From the NCBI GenBank assembly GCA_965113315.1, contig OZ220367.1: DNA of 64,000 nt. The stretch is one strand, 5' to 3'. Of the stretch, positions 39,190-53,308 are shown piece after piece (position 1 is the stretch's first letter; every line of letters starts with the position of its first letter). The notes beneath the pieces are model-generated. The model was not told the DNA's origin, did not search any database, and worked only from the letters and a program-made list of their open reading frames with translations. The position numbers and the translations under genes are program-made. This stretch comes from Podarcis vaucheri (Eukaryota).

Positions 39190-40118
39190 TTGTGATAACT
39201 TTGGGCTCTAACCCAGGAGCTTGTTAGCTTGTTTGCATCTGTTGAAGTACAGGGAATAAAATAAGTTGCCTGGCCTGAATATTTTAAATGCCTTAATTAT
39301 TATCAGTATCATAGTACAGAACTTGTGCAACAAAGCCGATACTGTCTCTCTTCATAATATTTCATCTGAGTCTCCTTTTTTCTGTTTGAAAGTAAGGCCG
39401 CACATAGGAATAAAAAAAATAATCCATCATACCCAAGGCACCACAATGGATTTTTGTTTTAGTTTACAAGTCAAAACAACACATTTTTCATGGGCTGATA
39501 CCAGAATCACTGGGAAAGGGAAGGGGGGGGGAGGAAGAAACCTGTTTTTAGTTTTTAATATCCGCTTTAGCTTGTGATAAGAAAGATGCATGAAGAGGAG
39601 GGAACACATCTTTCAGACTGAGTATGCTAATCCATCAACTGAGAGATGCAGGATTATCATATTAAAGGGATATTGGAAAAGTAGCAAGGTATAAAAATAA
39701 TGTATTTGCCTAAATTCGGAATTAATCTGTTTTTCCTTCTTGCTGACAGAATCTGTGCTAAGTGTGGCAGAATCTTAGCGGGAGTGAACCAGTAAGAGGA
39801 TATCTAAATCACTATATTCAAGTCTGTACTGTATTCAAGTTACAGACTTGTTGGATAGCCATTCCCTGTTCCCAAGGAATCCTGGTAAATGTAGTTTTTT
39901 TAAGTGGGGAAGGTCGGCATCTCTAGCAAAGAATTCTCAGCACCCTCATCAAACTTAAGCTGAGGGTTTTTGGGGGAACCCGTGACAGCTAAAATGATAT
40001 AAAATAGGTATAGGGTCTTAGCAAAGAACAGAACAAAACACCCTTGTTTGGTTTCCTTTTTGGGAGTAGACAGTGCTTTTTTCCTCTAAACAAATGTTTA
40101 GGGGTACTCTCATTTCCC

Positions 40119-40482
40119 TAAAGGTAAAGGTACCCCTGCCCGTACGGGCCAGTCGTGTCCTACACTAGGGTTGTGCACCCATCTCACTTAAGAGGCCGGG
40201 GGCCAGCGCTGTCCGGAGACACTTCCGGGTCACGTGGCCAGCGTTACGAAGCTGCTCTGGCCAGCCAGCACCAGCGCAGCACACGGAAACGCCGTTTACC
40301 TTCCCGCTATAAAGCGGTACTTATTTATCTACTTGCACTTAAGGGTGCTTTCGAACTGCTAGGTGGGCAGGAGCTGGGACCAAAAGACAGGAGCTCACCC
40401 CGCCACGGGGATTCGAACCGCCGTCCATACGATCGGCAAGTCCTAGGCACTGAGGTTTTACCCACAGCGCCACCCGCGCCCC
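40119..40482 (-). mobile_element. Sauria SINE
   Basis: aaaggtaaaggtacccctgcccgtacgggccagtc tail. Reverse-complement homolog of 16888-17225. Confidence 0.92.
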
Positions 40483-41140
40483 CATATTTAAATACTGCCC
40501 CTCAATGAGGCCAAACTTAGATTCACAAAATGTTTAGGGGTATGTATACCCCCTGCATACTCCCAGGAAAAAAAGCACTGGGAGTAGGGATTAGCAAATT
40601 GAGTGCCCACCCTACTCTACTGACAGCGGTATCACAGAACTCCTCCTGCCTTTGGCTGTATGGGATTTTTCATTTCTGTTTTTCTCCCTCCCCCTTTTTT
40701 ACCATCACTACCTATGTCCCTCTTTTCTTCATTTAAGCCACATGCTCCTCTTCAGTCCTTGTATACTGCACACCCACATATAAACATCATGTGTCTAAAA
40801 CCTAGCCCCCTGCACATAAAAACAGTTGTCAGACCAAAAAGGTGCAAAGACATTTAAATGGAAAAAGGAAGTCAAAATTGCTGATTTTTAGGGGATCTGC
40901 TAAAAAAACCACTGTTTTAAGTGTTCCAGATCACAAAGGGGTAAATACCATTAATTACCATAAAGATCCCGCTTATTTAATCCTAGTAAAAGAATTGTGT
41001 TTTGAAATGCCGTCTAGGTAAAGTCAGTGGATGACCTAGTTAAAAATGTAGATATAAAGCCACCTGCATAAGAGAGGGCATAGTTTCATGTTGGGGGGGG
41101 GGATGCCTTATTGCAATGAATACAATCAGTAACGTAAATT

Positions 41141-41478
41141 AGGTAGAGATAAAGGGACCCCTGTCATGGACAACTCTGGGGTTGCAGCACACATCTCGCT
41201 TTGCTGGCCGAGGGAGCCGGCATACAGCTTCCGGGTCATGTGGCCAGCATGACTAAGCTGCTTCTGGCGAACCAGAGCAGTGCACGGAAATGCCATTTAC
41301 CTTCCTGCCAGATCGGTACCTATTTATCTACTTGCACTGCATGCTTTCAAACTGCTAGGTTGGCAGGAGCAGGGACCGAGCAACAGGAACTCACCCTGTC
41401 ATGGGGATTCGAACCGCCAACCTTCTGATCAGCAAGCCCTAGGCTCTGTGGTTTAACCCACAGCGCCACCCACATCCC
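41141..41478 (-). mobile_element. Sauria SINE
   Basis: Homologous to 19243-19588. Confidence 0.9.
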
Positions 41479-42903
41479 AATATCAAAATCTTACAAGAAT
41501 CTTCAAAATATTCTGCATTAATTCTGTTTTAGTTAGGGCTTAGAATTCTGCCTTATACCAAGCCAGAAATGATGTATAGTGGTTCTGTAGGGTTTCAGAC
41601 AGGAGTCTTTTGTTGGCCTACATGGAGATGTTCAGCATCAAATCTTGGGGTCTTTTGCATGTGAAACACATCCTGTACCACTGAGGTGTGATTTGTCCCC
41701 TTGGAAGGTGTACTATATGCTCTTTCCTTAGCACAGAATTACATGCTATGCTCATCACAGCGCTGCTGCCAAAAACAAACCCTCCCATCTTAAATTCTCC
41801 TTCCTCTCTCCTGTAATGTTAGAAATGTTTATGTTGTGACATCACCTTGTTTCTCCAGCCCTGTTCCACATCTTTGGTTGCTCCTGGCAAAGGTGGGGAA
41901 ATTACCCAGGCAAGTGGGGCTAAGGAATATGGGGCACCAGCACAAATACTGAATGCCGGGCTGCTGTTTTTCACAGCAGCACCATGTCAGCCATAATGTG
42001 TAGTTCTTTTAGGGTGGTTCCAGATGTTGAATGTTATTTTGGCTTTTGGTTATCTGTGCTGTATTACAGTTCACCCCAGCTGGTTCCCCACTATGCATGT
42101 ACACAGCCATTGTGTTGGACTAGCTGTTGCCTGAGTTCTGCAGCTTGCCTTGATCTTACAAGGAACCACCCCGCCCTTCAAACTCTCAAGTTGCATTTTC
42201 GTTTTAACTTCTAATGAGTTGCTAATCAGCTGCGTGCTGTCATCTTCCTGGCTTTTTCGTGGAAGAAAGCCCTGTAGCTCTGAAAATGAGAGTTGCAGTG
42301 ACTCAAGATATCAGAGAAATTTTACAAAGGGCTTCGAGAAATATCTAGGGGCTGTGTAGGTTGTTTTGAGGTTTATTGTTTCCTGCTGACATCCAACAAA
42401 GCTGTCGTCTTCTAATTGCAATGTGAAGACTTAGGCAATAACAGGAAAGATGCAATATCTCTCCACTTGGCAAAAAATGCCAAATGGGTCCAAGGGGAAA
42501 GATAGCCAGTGCCAGATGACTTAGCAGTTTCTACATTTCGTGCTAAGAGCTTTATCAGGGATACGTTGGCTCCAGGCGGGATGCAGGGCTTGCTCCACAT
42601 CATTTGCTGCAACCTTAAGAGGTAGAAGAGTATAAATGTACAGAAGAAGAGTCTGGTGGACCAGAACCAGGTTCAGGTGCCATCAAGTCCAGCATTATGT
42701 TTCCAGCAGTGGCTAGCCAGTGGTTTCCAGGAAGCCATAAAAACCTGCTCTTCTCACTTATTCTTCCTGAGCCAGTTGCTTGCTGTGGTCTGGAAGCTAG
42801 TTGTGTGGTCTGGAAGCTAGTGTTCATCTGATCTCTCCCAGGGTGATAGAAAGGTTACTGTTGCTCTCCTGGTGCCAAAACAATATGTACTGTCATGCAG
42901 CTA

Positions 42904-43258
42904 CGTAAAGGTAAAAGGTACCCCTGCCCGTACTTGACAGACTCTAGGGTTGTGCGCCCATCTCACTCTAGAGGCCGGGGGCCAGCGCTGTCCGCAGACA
43001 CTTCCGGGTTACGTGGCCAGCGTGACAAAGCTGCATCTGGCGAGCCAGTGCAGCGCACGGAACGCCGTTTACCTTCCCGCCAGTAAGCGGTCCCTATTTA
43101 TCTACTTGCACCCGGGGGTGCTTTCGAACTGCTAGGTTGGCAGGCGCTGGGACCGAGCAACGGGAGCGCACCCTGCCGCGGGGATTCGAACCGCCGACCT
43201 TTTGATTGGCAAGCCCTAGGCGCTGAGGCTTTTACCCACAGTGCCACCCGTGTCCCCC
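42904..43258 (-). mobile_element. Sauria SINE
   Basis: Full head and tail. TSD gtcatgcagcta (42892-42903 and 43259-43270). Confidence 0.92.
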
Positions 43259-43462
43259 GTCATGCAGCTAGGGTAACATAATTTATGCAGGGTGCAAATT
43301 GCTGCTGCTCTCTTGCTCTTCTGTTATGCAAAATTGCCCCTGCCCCCTAAGTGCTTGGAATGCCTGGCACTTGATAGTGAACCTGACGAGTGGGCATATG
43401 AAGAGCTCCAAAAATGTGTCACATTAAAACTGACTACTTCATGGGTTGGTAGGGGTGGGGGT

Positions 43463-43738
43463 CAGTGGCATCCCAATGGGGGGGTGAACCCCAGGTGCTA
43501 TGTCTGTCGGGGTGACAAGACGGCACCCCGCGGGGGCTCGCAGTGGCATGAGCAGCCATCGCGCCGCCGCAGCCGCATGTGGAGGATGCTCTGTTCGTGG
43601 CTGCAGCGGTGCTGGAGCGGTGCCACTGGCAAACCGCTAAGTACAGCGCATGTGTGGCATCATACATAGCGACACCACACATGCGCCCTAGGTAGCGACG
43701 CCCCGCCCCAGGTGTCACGATGCCTTCATTCGCCCCTG
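43463..43738. mobile_element. GC/CpG-rich hAT-type MITE
   Basis: 8-bp TSD gtgggggt (43455-43462 and 43739-43746). Degenerate TIRs cagtggc and gcccctg. Confidence 0.65.
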
Positions 43739-46700
43739 GTGGGGGTGGGTGGGGGTGAGAGAGAAAGGGACGCTCTTTTGAATGGAGTTTAAAAATTTGA
43801 TCAGATAAGATAGCAACCCCAGCTCCAAAATGCAAAGGTGTTTCTTTTTTGCTGTGAAAGGAGCTTTGGAGTACAAGACTGATGATGCTACTTAGGGCTA
43901 GCGCTTCATGCCGGTCTGCTTCTCACCTGCTCAGCCTTTATGTTTAGAAATAGTCAGGAAATCCTTGGGAAATCTTACAGCTCAGTTAAACATGGGGCAC
44001 AAAACATGACTTTGGAGCCACAGTTCAGTTTCACACATTTCGGATTTGCATGTTAACATTTAAACATCCATTTCCCCCCAACATAAACATTGATGTATTG
44101 AAGCGTATCTAGTTTTCAGAGCTCAAATTCTCCAAACTTTGGTTCTTTACTTGGGAGTGGAAATTTATCTGTAGGGGTACAGGTTCTCCATCCCTGGTCT
44201 AATTGACCGTTTTCCTCCTGGCCACGAGCAGTTGGTTTTCTTCCTAATACCTGGAGAAGATGCTTCTTGTATACAGCTTGCTGATGCGAAGAAAAATATA
44301 CGATTGGCATTTTGCCCGTTTTTGCTTCTCTTCTAAAAGTGCTCAGAGTTGTTATTTATCCACTGTTGCTCTCATTTGTGCGTTGCATTTTCCTCTACAT
44401 CTTTAGTAGTCTGATCATTGTTTTCCACTAAGTACGGTCAGGTGCTCTGAGCCTTGTCAAGGAGACATAGATTTGCTATTTGCATACTTGATTTTGATTG
44501 GTGCACCCCCTCCCCCCGTTTTCTGGCAAATTAGAATGTAGTCTAGAATAGTCTGCAGTAGACTGGGTAAGCTGGTTGGGTATGGCTGCCAGCAAACCAG
44601 AAAAACAAAAACAGTCCAGCTGTTCTTATGTCTCTGGCGCAGCTGCCAGTATTTTTGTTTTGTTTGAAAGGCAGAATTCTTGTTTGAAAGGCAATTGCCA
44701 GACATTTTGGAGGAAGAGTCAGCAGCAGCTTTTCAACGCAGTGTGTGTGCAACTGTGCATTCCCGTATGCTAAGGATTGCACAGTGCGTGGGAGTGCCCA
44801 GGCTTCCTCCATAACTATCACCTGCTCCCTGGCTGCAAATGCTTTCTGGGGCTGAGTGAGGTAATAGGAGTGTCAGCAGAGCAGTGTAGCAGATCTCTGG
44901 TGGCAACTGAGTGGGTTGCTTTGAGATCCGCTTCTCTGTGCCTCCCCTTCGCCCTGTGCTAAAATACAAGCACAGGCTCAGTCCAGTGTCTCTGCCAGCA
45001 CTACCCACAAGAGCAGACAGCAAACTTTTGCCAATGGCTTTACACCTGGTTGAGTCCACCAGGCTCAACCCCCTGACCTGTCTTGGGGTCTTGCTCATCA
45101 CCCTATTCAGGTATCAGCCTTTTTAAAATCAAAAGTTGGTAGGCCTTATTATTGGGTCTCAACAGATGGCTGCTTAGCATGTATTACACCTGGCACAAAG
45201 ACAAGCAAAATTATTGTGTTCCTCCATCATTTGTTTTCTAGCTCTCTCTCCTTAAAGCTCAACAAAGCATGAATCCCTCTCTTCTTCCTGCACTGGCTTC
45301 TGTCGCCAAACAGCAAATGTTTGGAGCTGTGTACATGGCAGGAAGATTCCAATCTTGTGCAATATAAGCTGGAAGACCAAACCCTCTTATTACAGAAAAC
45401 AATAAGAAAATTATTTTTTTAAGTGGGCATGAAATACACTTATTTTTGTTTTGTTTTGTTATTTTAAAAAAAGAGGTTCTGGCCCGACATGTTTCAAACT
45501 AAGGCCATTTTTTTACAGAGGATATTATCAAGATGAAATAACAAATAGAGCAAAAAACCTTGGGAAGTGTTCCAGGCTGTCATTCACTGGAGATATTGAA
45601 GCAGAGGCTGAACAGCCACCTGTCGTGGATGCCGTCCTTGCATCCTGCGTTGTTGGACCTTGATTGAGCTGGGACTAGGATTCTTGCAACTCTAAAATAC
45701 AATGGGTGGAAATTCAGCATAGTGCTAAGTGGAGTGTGGGCAGAGGAAACAAGAACCGCTAGTGCAATGAGACTCTCCCACCCTCTCCTATGCCCCATAC
45801 CCTGTGCAGACCCTAAACTTGTTCTGAGCTTTCATATAACCGTCCAACACATCTGATTCAGATGGAAGGAAGATAAAGTGCTTTGCAGTTCTGCTCTTTC
45901 CTGCCTTTATTAGCTTTGGGTGACAGCTATTCTACTCAATGAACTTTATCCTATGAAATGCCGTGAAATTCCATCTTGGTTTTTCTATACTATAGGCAAA
46001 TGTGTGTGTCTGTGCATGTGTGTAGAATTAGGTATACCTTGGAAAGCACCTTTGCCAATATGTTTGTTTCCATTTCTCCCAATCAGACCCATCCCCCTGC
46101 TTTGGTATGATTGACAAGTATGTGGAGTGAGGTCTCCTCAAAATTAGCACCCATCTTGTGGAATGCTGTTTCTTGGGTGATTCATTTGGCACCTTCCCTA
46201 CTATCGTAGGATGCTGAAAATGTTACTGGTTTTAAAAGCATTTCCCCATCAAATAAGCTGTATGGTTGATTGTGTTTTAGCTGTTACTGTGTACGCTTTT
46301 TTAAACTGAGTGACTTTATAGTTTAGAGTTTTAGAATGGTTAGTATCAGGCTTTTTAATACTGTATTTTATAAGGAATTGTATTTTCCTTATTGTATAGC
46401 TAACCTAATACCCCCTCCGTTACAACTTTCCTGTCAATCCCCACCCCCCACGCTTGTCTCTTTGCTAACTGGGTTCTCCCTAACTGCAATATCTGTAACA
46501 CATGTTTAGAAGGAAGGCAACCCACAGTGGCATACTGAAGAAGAAGAAGAAGTGGGAAGTGTTGTAAATAGCTGGAAACTTACTTGGCACAAATCTCCAC
46601 GAATAAGAATTCATCAATGCGATGTCTAATGAGAATGCAGAAAATAGTGCATCCTTACATATGACCTGAGAGAGTTCAAAATAATTCAGACTATCTGAAA

Positions 46701-49059
46701 TTCAAATAGACAGGAACACAGCTACAAAATCATAAAGTGGTACGAGCTGAAAGAAGGGCAAAGCAAATTTAGGTAATGATTCAGTATTCAAGGTGGCACA
46801 GGAGAGTTTGTTTCCATATATACACACACACCTTCATCAAGTTTGGAGCCCTGTTTGCAGTGTAGCCAATGAGATGCCCATTGTTTGTCCTGTGGTAACT
46901 GATATTAAAAGGCATATGGACACTCAAATTTCAATAAGCTGCTGTGGTAAACACACTGGGTGCATTCAGACGGCACTTTATTTCCCCCCTGATGTTTCCT
47001 TATTTGTTAATTTTCACATTTAACCTGATGTTTCACACCACGTGAAAGCCATTTTTGGAAATCTAGTGGAAGTTTCGTGCTCATTTCCATGTTAATCATT
47101 TCCTGAGGGACGGGGGATGGGGACGACTCATTTGCAACCTCCTTAATCTGGAAAATCATAGGAGTTTTGCACCATCATTCCACTGCTGCACAAATGATGA
47201 AATTTGGGGCAGTATCATAGCATATATTTTCTTTATTGTCACTTAACTGTATAGCAACCAAAAAAAATTCCACAGTTCCATAATGCAACAGATGCTGCAG
47301 TGTAAAAGGAGTGTTAGAAATTGGGACAAAAGTGCTAGCATTATCACCAGTAAAACTATCACAATAAACCCCACGTCTCAACGCGGCCATTGATAGATCT
47401 ATCCTTGATGAATGTATCTAAGCTACTTTAAAAAGCCACCTAAACCAGTGGCTGCCAGTACTTCCCTTAGTTAATTATGAGTTCTGCGAAGAAATAACAT
47501 TTTTTGTGCGTGTCCCAAATCTGCCTCACACCACTTTCATTGGGTGACAGATTCTGGGGGCATGGGGAGAATTTGACTTTCTCTGCACAGTACTTACTTT
47601 TATAAACCTCTGTTACGTCCCTTCCTCTTGGTCACCTTGTAGGAAAACAGCTTCAACCCCCTGATCATTTCTGTTTCTTCAGAAATGTGGCAACCAGAGC
47701 TGTGTGCGGTTTTTCTAATGTGGCCACACACTAGCTTTTTATAGAGGCATTGTGATACTGACTCTTAACCTCTGGGATGGAATTTGTCTTCATTCTCAAC
47801 TGCATGCATACAGAATTGATATTTTTCACTGACCATTCCTGCCTAGTCACAGAAAGTTCAGGCCCCTTCTGTATTTATGTGAAGTTCAGATTTTGAAGTG
47901 TAAAAAAATCGCTCTGTAGTCAGCTCACTCATCTCTGTGTTAGAGGGAGCTGTGTTGTTTTGGTTGTTACTGTTGGCAAAGGTTGGTTTGCTTTTCAGAC
48001 TTCCTATATTTCCCACATCAGTCGTGTGCTGATCATCTGCCCAGGATCACTGTCTTTACAGAAAACTCTGGGACATATTTTATTTAGTGTGCTCAGTTGG
48101 CTCCCACGGAGCCCTGGCCAGATCTGTTGGGCTTTGCCCTTCCCCTATATGAACTGAGAATATGGCCTAGCACACAACCTGTGGCTGACCATTGCTGCCT
48201 ATAATGTCAGCTAAGGTCAGTTGACTGACTGTTGGGAGGTTTCTTCATGACACAAACATTCAAGAAGCCTCAGAGTTACATAGAACACAGTTTGAAAATC
48301 ACCAATCTGTGGGGTTTGTGGATGCAACGTGATGAGTGTTAACCTTGCATAGTTCTCTTCCTTCTTGTCTAGAATGATCCACATTGTTGCTGTTTTTTGA
48401 CCAGCATGCTGATTTTCTAGAATAACTTTCAGAATTTCATCATTAAGATAAGTCACATTAATTATGTTATCTGGAAGCATGAATCACGAAGTCTGATTCA
48501 CACTGTGCTGTACATTGCTTTAGTCATTTCACAGAAATGACTACCACATGGTATGAAAAATATGTTGCCTTGTTGCTTTCCAGTTTTCTGCAAGTATTCC
48601 AATCAGTGTTAAGATGATCCATTTTCTACTGTTTAGTGCTGACTTATGTTGGACCCTGCCCCCCCCCCCCCGCAATGCAAGACGGGTTAGTTTTTCAATC
48701 AGTTACAAATGAGGGGTGTGCATCATCACCTCTCAGTTGCATGCTGTGCACCGACCTAATATTATATATGACATCTCAAGAAACCTTTCACTAGCTTTTT
48801 TTATCATGAAGAATATTTGGGATGCCCTCACTGCTCTCATTGTGAAGACTGCTGTAATCACATTTATAGTTGTGTTATAAATGTGCTGTAAGTCGCTCAA
48901 AGATGTTCAGGTATTAAGTGGTTAACTAACTAACTAACTAACTAACTAAAAAAAGTGTTGGTGTGGTCCTTTTTTGTGCGTGCAAGATCCATTAAAATAT
49001 CCTGCCTTTAGTTTGTGCTTAATGTTGTTGCGCAAAGTCCAAAAGATCATTTTCAGATA

Positions 49060-49310
49060 CAGTGGTACCTTGGTTGTTGAACAGCTTAGTTGTCAAACAA
49101 ATCAGCTCCCGAACACCACAAACCTGAAAGTGAGCGTTCTGGTTTGCAAATGTTTTTTGGAAACTGACCGTCCGATGTGGCTTCTGCAGCTTCCAATTGA
49201 GTGCAGGAAGCTCCTGCAGCCAATCGGAAGCTGCACCTTGGTTTTTGAACAGTTTCAGATGTTGAATGGATTCCTGGAATGGATTAAGTTTGAGAACCAA
49301 GGTACCACTG
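49060..49310. mobile_element. Tc1/pogo MITE
   Basis: TIRs cagtggtaccttggtt and aaccaaggtaccactg. TA TSD. Confidence 0.92.
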
Positions 49311-49956
49311 TAATGGGGCAGGTAAAATTACACCTCTCTGTGCCTGTGCAGCAATGTTTAATTAGGCATATCTGTTTTGATGAGAAAGCCAATTATTCTA
49401 GCAAAGTCAGACACACATTCATGTTGACTTTATTCTAAACTCAGTACTCAAATTACAGGAGCTGGCAAGAGGGTGTGTGGTTTTCACTGCCTCTGCTCCA
49501 TTGTTCTCCATTCCTACTTACCTCCCCAGGATCTCTCCACATTGTGCCTCTGTGCCATGTAGCAATGATCTGACATTCGTTGGCTGGGGTAAAAAGTGCT
49601 CTGAACTCTACTGAATTCAAGGCAAATGCGAGTTCTGCCTTTTGACCAAGCATTGTGTGTGATAAAGCATATCCAAGAGAGCATTTTTCTCTATATGAAC
49701 CTCTTGCCATCTCACCAGCAGGTCTTATCTTATTTTCCACCTTTGGAAGCTTTAGTGTGATGTGGTGAGTTCTTTCCCCGAGGAAATCTACCTTTGCCTA
49801 CATTTAGAAAAGTTTCATTGTTGTTTGATTATTTGATGTTTCTATAGGTGTTGGTGTATTGCACTTTTCTTTTGGTACTGCTGCTCACTATTTTGATTTC
49901 TGGAGTATAACGAGATAGAAATACTTAAGTAACAGACCTGCGGGTATAAGGCAGTA

Positions 49957-50946
49957 CAGTGGAACCTTGACTTATGTACAGCTCTACTTACTTACAATTC
50001 CAGTTACGGCTTTCAGTAGGTGCTTCGACTTATGAACTTTCCTCTAGATATGAACAGAAGCCTTGCCAGCAGCCCAGAGCTCACCCAGTCGGCTGTGGGG
50101 CAGCGCTGGGGCCTCAGCTGCCAGGGAGAGGCCTCCGGTTTGCCGGAGCTCACCCTGCCTGCTGCGGAGCAGCGCTGAGAGCACTGATGCCGGGGAGAGT
50201 GCCTCCATCCCACCCCCCAAGCTGTGGAAGAGGTGCCACCTGCAAGAGGCACAGCAGGGCACACTGCAGCCCCAAACCCCACCGAGGAACTAACCTGAGG
50301 AAGTCTAGAGAAGAACCTGGCCTGACAAGAAAAAAAAGTGACCCTAGCTGAAGTGAATCAGCTCTTTACTGACCCTTGCCCCACCCCCAACTTGTAGCCA
50401 GGTAAGCCCACCCACCCTCAGTGCACGTAAGAAAAAAAAATGTTTTTTTTTTTCATCTACAATACTATTTTATTTATAGTACAGTACAGTCATACCTTGG
50501 GTTACAGACGCTTCAGGTTGCGCTTTTTCGGGTTATGGACCGCCAAAACCCAGAAGTATCGGAACAGGTTACTTCCGGGTTTTGGTGGTCGCACATGCAC
50601 AGTAGCATTAAATTGTGCTTTGCGCATGCGCAGAAGTGCCGAATCACAACCTGTGCGTGCGCAGATGCGCCGCTGCGGGTTGCGAATGTGCATCCCGCAC
50701 TGATTGTGTTCACAACCCTAGCGTCCACTGTACATTGATTATTTCCTTCATTTTATGGATCTTTGGTCTCGTTAGACAGTAAAATCTGTGTTAAATTGCT
50801 GTTTTAGGGGGTGTTTTTCATTGTCTAGAACGGATCAATTCACTTTTCCATTACTTTCTATGGAAAAGTGCACCTCTACTTATGTATGTTTCTAGTTATG
50901 ACTAGTTCTCCGGAATGGATTATGGTTGTAAGTAGAGGTTCCACTG
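49957..50946. mobile_element. Tigger-like non-autonomous element containing a nested MITE
   Basis: TIRs cagtggaaccttgactta and taagtagaggttccactg. Left TA intact. Confidence 0.8.
50487..50730. mobile_element. Nested Tc1/pogo MITE
   Basis: ta-cagtcataccttgggtt ... aaccctagcgtccactg-ta, with a CpG-rich tgcgcatgcgca core. Confidence 0.75.
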
Positions 50947-52486
50947 CATCTAAATTCAATTGATAATAATAAATGAAGTTATTGAGAATAAAATGGCTGC
51001 ATTGACAACAAAATGAAGTTTTGCTCTCAGGCAAGCAGATGCCTTTCATGTCTCGTGAACATGATATGAAAACTTAGAATATGGAATGAGTTCAGCGGAT
51101 GGCTCATCCGGAAAAGGATTTAAATATCTGACTTAATTCCAACACTTCCGCCGCTTCAGACAAGTGAGATGTTGCATTGCAGAGAAAGCAAAGTTAGCAA
51201 AAGGCAACAGCTGTGCTCCATAACTTTTACTCAACTCGTACATCATTACTTTTTTTGCACACGCACTCATACAAAGCCTGGTGCGTAGATTAATGTTATT
51301 GCATTAAGTGCTGGTTATGGTTTTCACACCCTGTATTTTTATTCATTAGATTTATAGCTATGGTATGTTTACATTGGGACTGGGGGAAAAATGATATTTT
51401 CTTTCTAGTCTGCCTAGTTGTATTTATAATTCATTTCTGTAGAAGTAAATGCACCTCAGTCATGTATTAAAGAGCAGGATTCATTTATAAGGCACTTGAA
51501 TGCCAGTCTTCCTTATGATGGTTGTTGTGATCAAGCTTTAGCATAGTTTCTCTACAGGAGTAGTGACTACTCTTAAGTAAATTACTGGAAGTGTTAGGTT
51601 TGTCATGAGTGACACTAATGTTTTTTTGTGTGTTCTGAGGTACCATTTAAAGCTAAGCTGAAGCCTCTGCTCCTCCACTGAGCGCTTAGCCTCCATTGTG
51701 TTCGGTTTCTCTGCATTATTTATCACAAGCTAGGCTACCAGCACAGCCATTTTGTACTGCTGTGAGAGAGCTTGCTGAGAGAATATTCGTCTTAATGCTC
51801 ATCCTGGCATTGGATCACACAGCTGAATGAACATGGCTTTAATTGTTTGGATTAATTTTACTGAAGAGGGGTATGAGAGGATACTTTTGGGGGGTTGGGA
51901 GGGGAAAGCTTTGAAAGCTAACAGAAACATTTTTCCTGACAATCCTCCTTCTGTAGCTAATTGTGCATAGGCTCTCTCTACAGGTTCAGGTGAACATGTG
52001 GACCAGGCTGATGGGCATAATCATGCTCCCCACTCAATGTATCCATTTCTATAAGCAAAATGATATAATATACGTCGAAAATGACCGATGTGGACAGTTC
52101 TCAAACGTCTGTGTGAATAATGACTGTATAAACAAGAGGTGCCATGCAGTTTCTGGGTCTTTCAGAAATTGTATTAAGTACTTAAGTATTGTAGTACTTA
52201 AGTGCAACGAAGATGCTCCTTGAATAATTAAATGGCTAACAATTCTAGAATCCCCTGTGTTGAGATGAATGGAAGTAATCTGGCACAGATACCTGATTTT
52301 GAATTAACACTTCTGTTGAAAAATAATTGGTATCTGTATTTGGAGATTGTACTGCAAACTTGTTTGTATATTGATGACAACTAGATCGGGAAAACATGGA
52401 TACGAAACAAAGCAGAAGGTTAAGTGCAGGCAGAAGGAGAAAGGGCCAAAAGTAGAGCAGGGAAGGAGGGGCCTCTTTTCAAGCTA

Positions 52487-52910
52487 CCATATTTTTTGCT
52501 CCATAAGACTCACTTTTTCCCTCCTAAAAGTAAGGGGAAATGTGTGTGCGTCTTATGGAGCGAATGCAGGGGGGAGGCAGGCAGGAAAAGCCCCCAAGAG
52601 CCCCCAAGAGGCACACAAGCTCCACGCGGCTCTTGCAGGCTTTTCCCCAGGAGGGAGAAGGGACTGACACCGCTAGTCAGTCCCTTCTCCCTCCTTGTAG
52701 AAAAGCCCACAGGAGCCGCACGCTCCTTTAAGGGAGCTCCTGTGGGCTTTTGCGGGAGGTGGGGGAATTGCCATAGCCGCGCACAGCCTCTCTTGCCTTC
52801 TTTGCTCTTTGGGGCTGGGGGGAGGGAAATAATATTTTTTTCTTGATTTCCCCCTCTAAAAACTAGGTGTGCCTTATGGTCGGGTGCGCCTTATGGAGCG
52901 AAAAATACGG
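52487..52910. mobile_element. pogo/Tc2-like MITE (CCGTATTTT termini)
   Basis: TIRs ccatattttttgctccataag and cttatggagcgaaaaatacgg. TA TSD. Confidence 0.88.
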
Positions 52911-53099
52911 TAAGCGGGTGGAAGCAATTTAGATTGGGTTGAAAAGGGAATGGGCCCGTGGAAATGGAAATGTTGTCCTCAAAATCCTCCTTCAAAGGTG
53001 ACTGCTGCTGGAGAGTTGCCATGTCAAAGCAGATGTGCTGCTTTTCTGCTGCTGGGCTCCTGCTGTGTTCTTCCCCCTTGCAGTGAGTTCCTTCTAGAA

Positions 53100-53308
53100 C
53101 AGGGGTGCCCAAACTTTTTTCAAAGAGGGCCAGATTTGATTTAATCGTTGGGTTTTTGTGGTTTTTTTTACAATTTTACCCCAAAGTTATTTAGCTTTTG
53201 TTTTTTAGGATTGAAATTGCTGAGCCTTTTTTAGGATTTTACCTCAGGACATATACTGCCATGGGGGCCGGATTAAGCCCCCGAAACAACAGACTTTGGA
53301 CATGCCTG
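53100..53308. mobile_element. hAT MITE
   Basis: TIRs caggggtgcccaaac and ctttggacatgcctg. 8-bp TSD ttctagaa (53092-53099 and 53309-53316). Confidence 0.85.

Noticed and set aside
43463-43738. CpG-island-like patch as a promoter
   Set aside because: It is bounded by an 8-bp TSD and hAT-like ends, so a MITE explains it.
45478-45522. Possible further hammerhead on the minus strand
   Set aside because: The CUGANGA core is degenerate and there is no convincing stem II.
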